A stretch of 64,000 nt of DNA from Ignavibacteriota bacterium (GCA_963776275.1 CAVZMI010000005.1:54176-118175); one strand, 5' to 3'; shown: positions 1-10,000, numbered from the stretch's first letter. The notes: generated by a model from the sequence alone, not told the origin. Program-made: numbers and translations.

Positions 1-2
1 CT

Positions 3-992
3 AAGTATCCGGCAAACCCGCGGGATCACTCACGATTAATGGTTCTGAACAGGGCGGATGAGTCGATTACCGAGCTTCGATTTCATGAAATCACCAGATT
101 TTTTAAAAAGGGGGATTGTCTGGTAGTCAATGAAACCCGGGTGTTCCCTGCCCGTCTTTTTGGCAGGAAAGAAAAAACGAATGCAAAGATTGAAGTGTTT
201 CTTCTGCGTGAACTCAATATCGAAGAAAGCATCTGGGATGTAATCGTTGATCCTGCCCGAAAAGTGCGAATCGGGAATAAAATATTTTTTGACAACGGGA
301 GACTCTGGTGCGAAGTGATCGACAATACCACATCTCGGGGACGAACCGTACGGTTTAATTACAAAGGCGATTTTTTTAGATTGATCGATCGGATCGGACA
401 AACGCCGTTGCCTTATTACATCAGGCGCGAGCCGACCGAGAAAGATAAAGAAACCTACCAGACCGTATTTGCCCGCGTCGTCGGTGCGGTTGCCGCCCCG
501 ACAGCCGGGCTCCATTTTACCAAACGACTGTTGAATCAGTTGAAGAAAAAAGATGTTCGGATCGTACCGCTGATTCTTCATGTCGGACTAGGAACGTTCC
601 GAAATGTCGAGGTGGAAGATCTCACGAAACATAAAATGGATTCCGAGTACTATGAAATATCCCCAGAGACATCGACCATCATAAACAGGACAATCGATAA
701 CAAAGGGACAGTCTACGTGGTAGGAACAAGTTGTGTCCGCGCCCTTGAATCGAGCGTTACCAGCGATGGACATGTAAAACCGACAAGAGGCTGGACCGAC
801 AAGTTCATCTATCCGCCGTATGATTTCAAGATTGTGGACCGCCTGATCACGAATTTTCATATGCCGGAATCGACCCTGCTTATGCTGGTGAGCGCATTTG
901 CAAATCGTGATTTCATTGTAAAGGCGTACAAAATTGCCGTGAAAAAAGGATATAGATTTTACAGTTATGGCGATGCAATGATGGTTCTCTAA
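3..992 (+). CDS. queA: S-adenosylmethionine:tRNA ribosyltransferase-isomerase (5' end outside window)
   Basis: Frame open from position 3 (KYPANPRDHSRLMVL). Motifs NETRVFPARL, AVAAPTAGLHFT, LHVGLGTF, LITNFHMPESTL, YRFYSYGDAM. Confidence 0.96.
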   Translation, partial: KYPANPRDHSRLMVLNRADESITELRFHEITRFFKKGDCLVVNETRVFPARLFGRKEKTNAKIEVFLLRELNIEESIWDVIVDPARKVRIGNKIFFDNGRLWCEVIDNTTSRGRTVRFNYKGDFFRLIDRIGQTPLPYYIRREPTEKDKETYQTVFARVVGAVAAPTAGLHFTKRLLNQLKKKDVRIVPLILHVGLGTFRNVEVEDLTKHKMDSEYYEISPETSTIINRTIDNKGTVYVVGTSCVRALESSVTSDGHVKPTRGWTDKFIYPPYDFKIVDRLITNFHMPESTLLMLVSAFANRDFIVKAYKIAVKKGYRFYSYGDAMMVL

Positions 993-996
993 TATA

Positions 997-1707
997 ATGG
1001 AAAATATATCTGTCATTATCCCCGCCGCTGGGGTGGGGAAGCGAATGGGTGGGAACGTCGACAAACAATTTATGTTGCTTGCTGGCGTTCCCATTCTTGT
1101 CCATACGCTTCGTGTGTTTCAGGAATGCGAAAGGGTGCGGCATATTGTTGTCGTGACTTCTCTGACCTCCATTGCTTGTGTGAAGGAATATGTCCAACAA
1201 TGGAATATTTCAAAAGTCAAAGATGTTATCCCTGGAGGCGTACATCGGCAAGACTCGGTGTTTAACGGACTGCAGGCGCTCTCTCATTTGACAGACGATA
1301 TCGTGATGATTCATGATGCTGTTCGTCCTTTTATACGCCAGAGAGAAATCCTTGCGGTTGCTGAGGGTGCTGAAAAATACGGTGCTGCCGTCATAGGTGT
1401 CCAACCGAACGATACAATCAAGATTTCGGGTGATGGGATATTTTATGATGCGACATTGGATCGTGCAGCCATCTGGGCGGTTCAGACTCCACAGGCGTTT
1501 CAATGGAAGGTACTTCTTGAGGCGGCTGTGAAGGCACGCAACGATTCATTCTATGGCACCGACGATGCGCAACTTGTAGAGCGGCTGGGAGCGAAGGTAA
1601 AGATTATCCCCGGATGTTCCGATAATATTAAAATAACAACACCGGATGATCTTGAACTGGCAGAGCGCTTATTTTTACGTCGAAAACAAGAGAATTCACA
1701 GCGATAG
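997..1707 (+). CDS. ispD: 2-C-methyl-D-erythritol 4-phosphate cytidylyltransferase
   Basis: IPAAGVGKRMG..KQF, GGxHRQDSV, IHDAVRPF, VQTPQAF, GTDDAQLVE, NIKITTPDDL motifs. Confidence 0.95.
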   Translation: MENISVIIPAAGVGKRMGGNVDKQFMLLAGVPILVHTLRVFQECERVRHIVVVTSLTSIACVKEYVQQWNISKVKDVIPGGVHRQDSVFNGLQALSHLTDDIVMIHDAVRPFIRQREILAVAEGAEKYGAAVIGVQPNDTIKISGDGIFYDATLDRAAIWAVQTPQAFQWKVLLEAAVKARNDSFYGTDDAQLVERLGAKVKIIPGCSDNIKITTPDDLELAERLFLRRKQENSQR

Positions 1708-1723
1708 CGTCGGGAAAAAGACC

Positions 1724-1752
1724 TTGATTTTTTCTTTTGGTCTCTCTATCTT
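1724..1752 (+). promoter_or_regulatory. putative sigma70 promoter for plsY-gpsA
   Basis: TTGATT-N17-TATCTT about 40 bp upstream of the plsY ATG. Confidence 0.4.
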
Positions 1753-1794
1753 AATTAATAATATTATTCAGATGGTATATTTGAAGAGGATGTA

Positions 1795-2487
1795 ATGCTC
1801 GCACTTGGTATGATGATTGTGTTGAGTTATATGGTTGGATCGATTCCAACCAGCATAATTGTAAGTAAAATTAAGAGCGGCATTGACATTAGAAAGTTCG
1901 GGAGCGGTAATGCAGGGGGAACTAATATTATTCGTGTCTTCGGTTGGAAAACCGGCATCCTCGTTATCCTATTCGATATCCTTAAAGGTTTTATTGCAAC
2001 CAGTATTATCGCACGATTGTATTTTGATTCAGCACTCCCCTTCAATAATAGAACACCGTTCGAAGATTTTACCGTGCTGCAAATTATTGCGGGTTCGGCC
2101 GCCGTTTTAGGACATATCTGGACTGCCTTTGCAGGATTCAAGGGCGGTAAAGGGATTGCCACGGCGGGCGGTATGATGATCGGCATTGCACCCGTTGAAG
2201 TATTGGTCTCACTTATCATTTTCACGATCGTATTCGTCGCATCACGCTATGTCTCTCTCGGCTCACTATCCGCTGCAGTCGCATTCCCGCTTACCATGGT
2301 GGTGCGGGTAAATATTTTCAATGTCGAAATTGCGGGATATCATACACTCATCGTTTTTATCATCGGTATTTCACTTCTCGTCATCTTTACGCACCGTGAC
2401 AATATCAAGAGACTGATCGAAGGAACCGAAAGCAGACTCACACATTTCCGTGATTCTTACAAAAAAGGAAACCGAATATCATCCTGA
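1795..2487 (+). CDS. plsY: glycerol-3-phosphate acyltransferase PlsY
   Basis: SYMVGSIP, DIRKFGSGNAGGTN, DILKG, GH..FKGGKGIAT, HRDNIKRL motifs; multiple TM segments; adjacent to gpsA. Confidence 0.95.
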   Translation: MLALGMMIVLSYMVGSIPTSIIVSKIKSGIDIRKFGSGNAGGTNIIRVFGWKTGILVILFDILKGFIATSIIARLYFDSALPFNNRTPFEDFTVLQIIAGSAAVLGHIWTAFAGFKGGKGIATAGGMMIGIAPVEVLVSLIIFTIVFVASRYVSLGSLSAAVAFPLTMVVRVNIFNVEIAGYHTLIVFIIGISLLVIFTHRDNIKRLIEGTESRLTHFRDSYKKGNRISS

Positions 2488-2532
2488 TCCATGTCGAACG
2501 GTGGAGAAGGTATTTCATAAAGTGAATTTCGT

Positions 2533-3537
2533 ATGAATGTTGCGGTAATTGGAGCAGGAAGTTGGGGGACTGCCCTTTCGATTCTCCTCTGGAAAAACGG
2601 CCATACCGTGCGATTATGGACTTACTCCACGGAATATGCAGATGAGATTACAAATCATCACGAAAATTTATCATTCCTTCCGGGAATAAAAATTCCAGAA
2701 GAGATTTTGGTGACAACGGATTTTATCGAGGCGGCAGCCAATAAAGATATGGTCGTCTTTGCCGTTCCATCGCAGTTCCTTCGTTCGATTGCCGGTCAAG
2801 CCGCAGGTGTTAATTTTTCACAAACGCTGATTGTCCATGTTGCTAAGGGGATCGAACATCACTCTTTAAAAACCATGTCCGAGGTTCTTATCGAAGTGAT
2901 ACCGACAGCCGCACCGGATCGGGTTGCAACGCTGTCAGGTCCCAGCCATGCTGAAGAAGTGAGCCGGGATATTCCCACTGCTGTCGTTGCGGCAGCCACC
3001 AATGGTCAGGTTGCGAAATCGATTCAACAATTTTTTATGAACCGGACATTTCGCGTTTATACCAATACAGATCTTCGGGGTGTGGAACTAGGCGGAGCAC
3101 TGAAAAATGTCATTGCCATTGCCGCCGGTATTTCAGATGGAGCGGGTTATGGTGACAACACAAAAGCTGCTCTCATGACGCGCGGAATTGCAGAGATAAC
3201 GCGGTTGGGCGTCGCAATGGGAGCAAATCCTCATACGTTTTCGGGATTGAGCGGTGTAGGCGATCTATTTGTAACATGCATGAGCAGACACAGCCGAAAC
3301 CGCTTTGTAGGTGAGCAAATTGGCAAAGGACGGCGGCTGGATGACGTATTGAAAGAAATGGTAATGATTGCAGAAGGTGTCGAAACTGCTCGTTCAACCA
3401 CAGAATTATCGCAGAAGTATAAAGTGGGAATGCCTATTTTTTTTGAAGTTCATAAGATGTTATTTGAAGGAAAAAATCCCCACATTGCAGTCGAAGAACT
3501 GATGACCCGGGATGCGAGGGAAGAACTCGAACATTAG
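2533..3537 (+). CDS. gpsA: NAD(P)H-dependent glycerol-3-phosphate dehydrogenase
   Basis: GAGSWGTAL, LSGPSHAEEV, GVELGGALKNVIAIAAG, GLSGVGDL..TC.S.HSRN motifs. Confidence 0.96.
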   Translation: MNVAVIGAGSWGTALSILLWKNGHTVRLWTYSTEYADEITNHHENLSFLPGIKIPEEILVTTDFIEAAANKDMVVFAVPSQFLRSIAGQAAGVNFSQTLIVHVAKGIEHHSLKTMSEVLIEVIPTAAPDRVATLSGPSHAEEVSRDIPTAVVAAATNGQVAKSIQQFFMNRTFRVYTNTDLRGVELGGALKNVIAIAAGISDGAGYGDNTKAALMTRGIAEITRLGVAMGANPHTFSGLSGVGDLFVTCMSRHSRNRFVGEQIGKGRRLDDVLKEMVMIAEGVETARSTTELSQKYKVGMPIFFEVHKMLFEGKNPHIAVEELMTRDAREELEH

Positions 3538-3581
3538 TATTCACAGTACAATATTCATAAACAAGGGATAGGAGGATACGT

Positions 3582-4610
3582 ATGAATAATTCATTCAAAT
3601 GCTTTCGATGGTTTGTTGTACCGATGCTGATAATTGCTCTTATGGTTGGCGGCTGTAAGAAATCATCATCGACGGGGCCAGATACAGATATTCCTACATA
3701 CCCGGTGACCGCAAAGGTTCTCGATCCGCAGGGATACCCTCTGGGCGGAGCGACACTGACGCTCTTAAATCCACCATTTGAAGATCCAAAATTCACATCG
3801 CTGACGGACTCCACGGGAAAAGCCACGATTCAATCTCCAGCCGGGCAGCAAACATTGCTTGCAAAATTCGGTACTGTATTTGAGGGAACGCTGAATGTGA
3901 CTGTTGCAGCCTCTTCGACTCCGACAATCGTGACGACACCAATTCAAGTGCATCAGAATACTAGTTTAGGAAAAGTACTTGTCGTTCTGGCAAGCGCCGA
4001 ACAACTCGAAGATGTGTTGCATGCTATCGGTTATACGACATTTGATTCAATAAGCGTCGAAGCGTTGCGCGATTCGGCGGACACAGATTCGACCAAGTTG
4101 TTGCAATATCTGAAACAATACAAGCTTATCTTCTCTGATTGCAACGGCGGCGATGAGTATCAATATCCGCTTCTTGCTCGTACCTATGGTCGCTATGTTA
4201 CCGACGGAGGAAAAATCTATGGTGGACATTATAACTACTACATCTTGCAATATATCTGGCCGCCATACTTCAAACAAAGAGATTACCAGGGTGATGTCTC
4301 GACAGATACATTGAAAATCGTCGATAATAACCTGCAGAAAGCCGTTGGCACGTACCTCGATTGGACAAAATCGGAGGATTCACGCCATCTTTCAGATTAT
4401 CAAAAGTTTTCGGATCTACCACCAGCTCCGATTTCGCATACCTATGGAGTAATCAAAGGGACTAGTCCTGAGGTCGGTGTCATCGTGGAATGCTATCCGA
4501 ATCCCAACCCTAACGGCGGTAAGTATCTCTGGACGGATTACCATAACCAGGACATCCTGAACAATACCAAACTCCTGAAAATCGTAACATACTTCTTGAA
4601 CGGAATGTAA
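3582..4610 (+). CDS. lipoprotein with carboxypeptidase-regulatory-like (beta-sandwich) N-domain and possible glutamine-amidotransferase-like C-domain
   Basis: RBS GGAGG; hydrophobic leader ending in lipobox VGGC-KKSS; AKVLDPQGYPLGGATLTL. C-domain (LIFSDC...YVTDGGKIY) call is inference. Confidence 0.7.
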   Translation: MNNSFKCFRWFVVPMLIIALMVGGCKKSSSTGPDTDIPTYPVTAKVLDPQGYPLGGATLTLLNPPFEDPKFTSLTDSTGKATIQSPAGQQTLLAKFGTVFEGTLNVTVAASSTPTIVTTPIQVHQNTSLGKVLVVLASAEQLEDVLHAIGYTTFDSISVEALRDSADTDSTKLLQYLKQYKLIFSDCNGGDEYQYPLLARTYGRYVTDGGKIYGGHYNYYILQYIWPPYFKQRDYQGDVSTDTLKIVDNNLQKAVGTYLDWTKSEDSRHLSDYQKFSDLPPAPISHTYGVIKGTSPEVGVIVECYPNPNPNGGKYLWTDYHNQDILNNTKLLKIVTYFLNGM

Positions 4611-4632
4611 AATATTTTATAAATCCGCTTCT

Positions 4633-4667
4633 AAAAGCCGGCATGTATAATATGTGCCGGCTTTTTT
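4633..4667 (+). terminator. rho-independent terminator (possibly bidirectional)
   Basis: AAAAGCCGGCA-loop-TGCCGGCTTTTTT just after the lipoprotein stop. Confidence 0.8.
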
Positions 4668-4670
4668 ATA

Positions 4671-4699
4671 TTGCCTAGCGTTTCATTTTTTTGTATATT
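4671..4699 (+). promoter_or_regulatory. putative sigma70 promoter of the tRNA-Thr locus
   Basis: TTGCCT-N17-TATATT, 20 bp upstream of the first tRNA-like base at 4719. Confidence 0.55.
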
Positions 4700-4718
4700 A
4701 ATAAACCTATTATCGATT

Positions 4719-4920
4719 GCTGAAGTAGCTCAGCGGTAGAGCAGTCCCGACAATTTTCTTATATGCTGGCGTAGCTCAGCGGTAGAGCAGCGGTTTCGTA
4801 AACCGCAGGTCGTCGGTTCAAATCCGACCGCCAGCTCAATGTATGAAGAGAAAATTTTCGGGATAAACCGCAGGTCGTGCCTTCCCGCTAAAGGCGGGAA
4901 GGCAAATCCCACCTTCAGCT
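4719..4920 (+). pseudogene. interrupted tRNA-Thr-like shell enclosing the intact tRNA
   Basis: Acceptor GCTGAAG (4719-4725) pairs with CTTCAGC (4913-4919). D arm GCTCAGCGGTAGAGC and TAAACCGC-AGGTC are identical to the inner tRNA. Anticodon arm and T loop are disrupted by hairpins. Confidence 0.75.
4765..4836 (+). tRNA. tRNA-Thr (anticodon CGT), CCA not encoded
   Basis: Full cloverleaf: GCTGGCG/CGCCAGC acceptor, GCTC/GAGC D stem, GCGGT-TT-CGT-AA-ACCGC anticodon arm, GTCGG-TTCAAAT-CCGAC T arm. Confidence 0.96.
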
Positions 4921-5469
4921 CAGCGGTAGAGCAGTCCCGTCCCGACGCAGTCGGGACGGGATAAACCGCAGGTCGTCGGTCCTCCGCCGCGCTTAATGAC
5001 CGGGTGAGGCGGATCCGCCGTAGGCGGAAAATCCGACCCTTCGACTCGTCCTCCTTTGTCGGACTCGCTCAGGGTAACACCGCCAGCTCAATGTATGAAG
5101 AGAAAATTTTCGGGATAAACCGCAGGTCGTGCCTTCCCGCTAAAGGCGGGAAGGCAAATCCCACCTTCAGCTCAGTGGTAGAGCAGTCCCGTCCCGACGT
5201 AGTCGGGACGGGATAAACCGCAGGTCGTCGGTTCTCCGCCGCGCTTAATGACCGGGTGAGGCGGATCCGCCGTAGGCGGAAAATCCGACCCTTCGACTCG
5301 TCCTCCTTTGTCGGACTCGCTCAGGGTAACACCGCCAGCTCAATGTATGAAGAGAAAATTTTCGGGATAAACCGCAGGTCGTGTCCGCCACTGGCGGACA
5401 AATCCCACCCTTCGACTCGTTCATCCCGCTATCGCGGGATTCACTCGCTCAGGGTGAAGCCGCCAGCTA
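4829..5469 (+). repeat. 252-bp tandem repeat (2 full units plus a divergent partial third) built from tRNA-Thr fragments and palindromes
   Basis: CGCCAGCTCAATGTATGAAGAGAAAATTTTCGGGATAAACCGCAGGTCGTG starts at 4829, 5081 and 5333. Units 1 and 2 differ at only a few bases. Confidence 0.93.
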
Positions 5470-5662
5470 AATAAGAGAGAAGATTGACGATTCACTCACC
5501 GTCTTATTCAGTGTCATCCCAATGAGTACCTGCCTATTCATAATATCTTCTATTATAATTCCAGTATAGATAGAGTAGAAAAATCCAGGCCAGCTTGAAT
5601 CGCCAGTTAAAGCTTTACGAAAAATCTCCAAATGAAAGCCCTTTTCCTGCCTCGAAGAGACC

Positions 5663-5691
5663 TTGAAGTATAAGCGTTTCTTATCTATATT
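5663..5691 (+). promoter_or_regulatory. putative sigma70 promoter for gdhA
   Basis: TTGAAG-N17-TATATT about 35 bp upstream of the likely start. Confidence 0.4.
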
Positions 5692-5726
5692 TAGATTTAC
5701 TAACGTCGTTTATGGGAGATTTTCTT

Positions 5727-7067
5727 ATGTCTGAATATGTCGAGAAGCTGATGAATGAGGTCAGAGCGAAAAACCCGGGAGAACAGGAATTTCATCAGGC
5801 AGTCCAGGAGGTCGCCGAGTCGCTTGATCTTGTTCTGGAACGCCATCCGGAATATCGTGCCGCAAAAATATTGGAGAGGATGGTCGAACCGGAACGCGTT
5901 GTCATTTTCCGCGTCCCATGGCTTGATGACCAGGGTGAGGTCCACATCAATCGCGGCTTTAGAATTCAGATGAACAGCGCCATCGGACCGTACAAAGGAG
6001 GCCTGCGCTTCCACCCCTCTGTAAACCTGAGTATCCTGAAGTTCCTTGCATTCGAACAGGTTTTTAAGAACAGTCTTACATCTCTTCCGATGGGTGGAGG
6101 GAAGGGGGGCTCCGATTTTGATCCGAAAGGAAAAAGCGAAAATGAAGTGATGCGGTTCTGTCAGAGTTTCATGACTGAGCTGTTCCGTCATATCGGTCCG
6201 GATATAGATGTTCCTGCAGGAGATATCGGCGTCGGCGGACGTGAAATCGGATATCTTTTTGGACAATATAAACGGTTGACGCGTGAATTTTCAGGTGTGC
6301 TGACGGGGAAAGGATTAAACTGGGGTGGATCGCTTGTGCGACCGGAAGCGACCGGCTATGGAGCGGTCTATTTTGCAGAGGAGATGTTAAAAACCCGCGG
6401 CCATACAATAGAAGGACGGATCGTGGCAGTGTCGGGATTCGGTAATGTCGCCTGGGGTGCGGTTCAAAAAATTAACCAGCTTGGCGGCAAGGTCGTTACA
6501 CTCTCCGGTCCGGATGGATTCATCTATGATAAAGACGGGGTGAAGGGAGAAAAGATCGATTACATGCTCGAAATGCGTGCAAGTGCGAAGGATCAGGTTC
6601 AGGATTATGTAAAGAAGTTTAAAGTTGATTTTTTCCCCGGCAAGAATCCGTGGGGAATTAAAGTTGATGTCGCCATGCCGTGTGCGATACAGAATGAACT
6701 CGATGAGAACGATGCGCAAGAGCTGGTGAAGAATGGATGCATCTGCGTTTGCGAAGGTGCCAACATGCCGACCACACTGCGGGGAGTAAAGATATTCCAG
6801 CAGGCCGGCATCCTTTTTTCACCCGGAAAAGCATCGAATGCAGGCGGTGTGGCAACCTCTGGACTCGAAATGTCACAGAATAGCATGCGGCTGCCCTGGC
6901 CAAGAGAGGAAGTCGACAAACGTCTCCAAGAAATCATGAGAAATATTCATCAGACGTGCGTTGAAACTGCGGAACGATTCGGCACACCGGGGAATTATGT
7001 CAACGGTGCCAACATAGGCGGTTTTCTCAAAGTCGCAAACGCGATGATGGACCAGGGACTTGTGTAA
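5727..7067 (+). CDS. gdhA: NADP-specific glutamate dehydrogenase
   Basis: GPYKGGLRFHPSVNLSILKFLAFEQ, MGGGKGGSDFDP, RPEATGYG, GKASNAGGVATS. Start chosen at ATG 5727 after GGAG. Confidence 0.96.
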   Translation: MSEYVEKLMNEVRAKNPGEQEFHQAVQEVAESLDLVLERHPEYRAAKILERMVEPERVVIFRVPWLDDQGEVHINRGFRIQMNSAIGPYKGGLRFHPSVNLSILKFLAFEQVFKNSLTSLPMGGGKGGSDFDPKGKSENEVMRFCQSFMTELFRHIGPDIDVPAGDIGVGGREIGYLFGQYKRLTREFSGVLTGKGLNWGGSLVRPEATGYGAVYFAEEMLKTRGHTIEGRIVAVSGFGNVAWGAVQKINQLGGKVVTLSGPDGFIYDKDGVKGEKIDYMLEMRASAKDQVQDYVKKFKVDFFPGKNPWGIKVDVAMPCAIQNELDENDAQELVKNGCICVCEGANMPTTLRGVKIFQQAGILFSPGKASNAGGVATSGLEMSQNSMRLPWPREEVDKRLQEIMRNIHQTCVETAERFGTPGNYVNGANIGGFLKVANAMMDQGLV

Positions 7068-7072
7068 CAATC

Positions 7073-10000
7073 ATGGCTGATCAGCTGACTAAATCTCATC
7101 CACTATTCGGCGGTAAGAATCTGGATGTTACCGATAGCGCGAGCTATCAGGGATTCCAGAGTCTTATGCGCTACCGGATCAGGGATATCCTCCTGGTATC
7201 CAGTCTATACGACTCGTATATTTTTGAAGAAGACGGAAGACTCTATGAGCTCATTCGAAAAGAATATCAGGGGCTCGATCTGAGTCATACTCCGGAATTT
7301 ACCCATGTCGGCACCGGACGCGAAGCGATAGAATTGGCAAGTCAGGAAAACCGCTTCGACCTGATCATTGCAACACTGCACATCGAAGATGTCCATCCTG
7401 TCCGGTTTGCAAAAATGGTCCGTGAATCGGGGCTGAACATTCCAATCGTCCTGCTTGCGTACGATAATCGGGAAGAGGCCGAACTCATTGCCTCGCACGA
7501 TATCTCGGTCTTCGAGCGTATTTTTATCTGGCAGGGTGATTATCGAATCCTTATCGGGATTATTAAATATGTTGAAGACCGTTTGAACGTCGATGAAGAT
7601 ACCCGCCTCATCGGTGTTCAATCGATTATCATCATCGAGGATAATGTAAAATTTTACTCTTCATATCTTCCGATCATTTATACTGAGATCGTGAAGCAGT
7701 CGCAGCGGTTGATTTCGGAGGGTGTAAATCTCTCGCATAAATATCTCCGCATGCGGGCGAGGCCTAAGATTCTTCTCTGTACGACCTACGAGGAAGCATG
7801 GTCATATTTCGAAAAATACGAGGAGAATATACTTGGTGTCATATCGGATATCGACTTTATGCGCAACGGTGTTCACGATCCGACCGCCGGGATAGAATTT
7901 GCGAAGAATGTGAAGGCGCGGCTCTCCGATATACCGATTTTGCTCCAGTCAAACGACCCGTCGAAGGAATCGATTGCGAAAACGATGGGTGCATCGTTCA
8001 TTCTGAAAGATTCGCCGACGCTTCTTAATGAGCTCCGCAGGTTTATGATACAGAATTTCGGTTTTGGCGACTTCATTTTCCGAATGCCGGATGGAAAAGA
8101 AGTCGGCCGGGCGACGGATCTGCGATCGCTCGAAGCGCAGTTGCGGATTGTCCCCGATGAATGCATCTACTACCACGCTGAACGGAATCATTTTTCCAAC
8201 TGGCTGAAGGCACGGACGGAATTCTGGCTCGCGCACAGGCTGCGGCCGCAAAAAGCCTCGGAGTTTCCCTCGATTGCGGTCATGCGTGAGGACCTTGTAT
8301 CATGGCTGCGCCGTTATCGCCATATACGTCAGCGCGGTCAGATCACCGATTTCACGAAAGAAACGTTCGACCCATACACGAGCTTCGCCCGCTTAGGCAG
8401 CGGATCGCTGGGCGGAAAGGCACGCGGGCTGGGCTTTTTCAACCGGCTTCTCCACAGCTTTGATATTCGCAACCGGTTCCCCGGCATTAAAATTATGATT
8501 CCGCCGGCGGTTGTCCTTGCTACGGATATTTTCGATCAGTTCATCGAGGAAAATAATCTGCGGGAGTTTGCCCTCAGCGCCACGAACGATGAAGAAATCA
8601 CAAGGCGATTTGTGGAAGCGCCCTGGTTTCCGCCCGATGTTCTCCATGCGCTCTCGGCGTTCCTCGATCTTATCCGCGTCCCGCTTGCAGTCCGTTCATC
8701 GAGCCTGCTCGAAGATTCGCAGTACCATCCGTTTGCCGGCGTCTATGCGACATACATGATTCCGAATAATATGGAGAATTCTCATGGCCCGGTTGAACGA
8801 TCTTGTTTCTACTATCAAGCGGGTCTATGCGTCGATTTTCTATCGGAGCGCAAAAGATTATATGAAGGTCACTTCATACCGCCTTGAAGAAGAAAAAATG
8901 GCGGTCATCGTTCAAAAGATGGTCGGGAATGCGCATGAGAACCGCTTTTACCCCGATTTTGCGGGTGTTGCACGGTCATATAATTTTTATCCGATCGCGC
9001 CGCAAACACCGACCGACGGCATCGTCTCCGTCGCATTGGGATTGGGAAAGACCATTGTTGAGGGAGGAATAACCGTCCGGTTCTGTCCGAAGTATCCCAC
9101 TCACCTATTTCAGCTCTTTTCGGCGGAAGAGGCGCTTCACTATAACCAGAGCCAGTTCTATGCACTTGAGTTGAACGGTAAACCCCTCGATGTCAGTGAA
9201 ACTCACGATATGCTTTTAAAACAATATAATCTCTCCGTTTCCGAACAGGATGGAACGCTGACGTATGTCGGCTCGACATACTCATCCGAGAACGACGCCG
9301 TCTACGATGGATTATCGCGTCCGGGCCGGCGGATTGTCACGTTCGCACCGATCCTGCGGCAGCGCATCTTTCCGCTGCCGAATATTATTGAACTTCTTCT
9401 GAATCTCGGGAGCTGGGGAATGGGTGCGCCGGTAGAGCTGGAATTTGCGGTCAACATGACGTCGGTTCCGCGTCTGGGGAGAGAATTCGGACTTCTGCAG
9501 GTACGGCCCCTTGTTATAAATCGCGAGCTCGAAGAACTCAACGTTGAAGACGTTGAGCAGGAAAAAATTATCTGCCAGAGCAGTCATGTGTTGGGCAACG
9601 GGGTCATCAACGATCTATATGATATTATAGTCGTGGATTACCATAAATTCGACCGGGGCCGCAGCCGTGAGGTTGCCGTCGAGGTAAGTCGATTTAATGA
9701 AAAGCTCATCTGGGAGAACCGGCCTTATTTAATCATCGGCGTCGGACGGTGGGGAACGCTCGACCCATGGCTTGGTATTCCGATCAAGTACGATAATGTT
9801 TCGGGCGCCAAAGCGATAGTTGAATCGGGATTCAAGGACATGGATGTAACGCCGTCGCAGGGTTCGCACTTTTTCCAGAACATCACGTCATTCATGGTCG
9901 GATATTTTACGGTTCATCCGCGGGTGGGGCAGGGGTTCATCGACTGGGATTGGCTGTTGAGTCAGCCGATCTGTGAAGAGAAAGAGTTCACCCGGCATCT

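Noticed and set aside
4829-5469. CRISPR array interpretation of the tandem repeat
   Set aside because: The 252-bp units are nearly identical throughout, with no unique spacers and no cas genes; the content is tRNA-derived.
4719-5469. attL/attR of an integrated element at tRNA-Thr
   Set aside because: No integrase or cargo lies between the copies, and the repeats include D-arm sequence with internal hairpins rather than a clean 3'-end duplication.
5004-5474. Two 70-72 aa ORFs (MRRIRRRRK...) and ORF 4730-4912
   Set aside because: Translations of the tRNA/palindrome repeat with no RBS or protein-like features.
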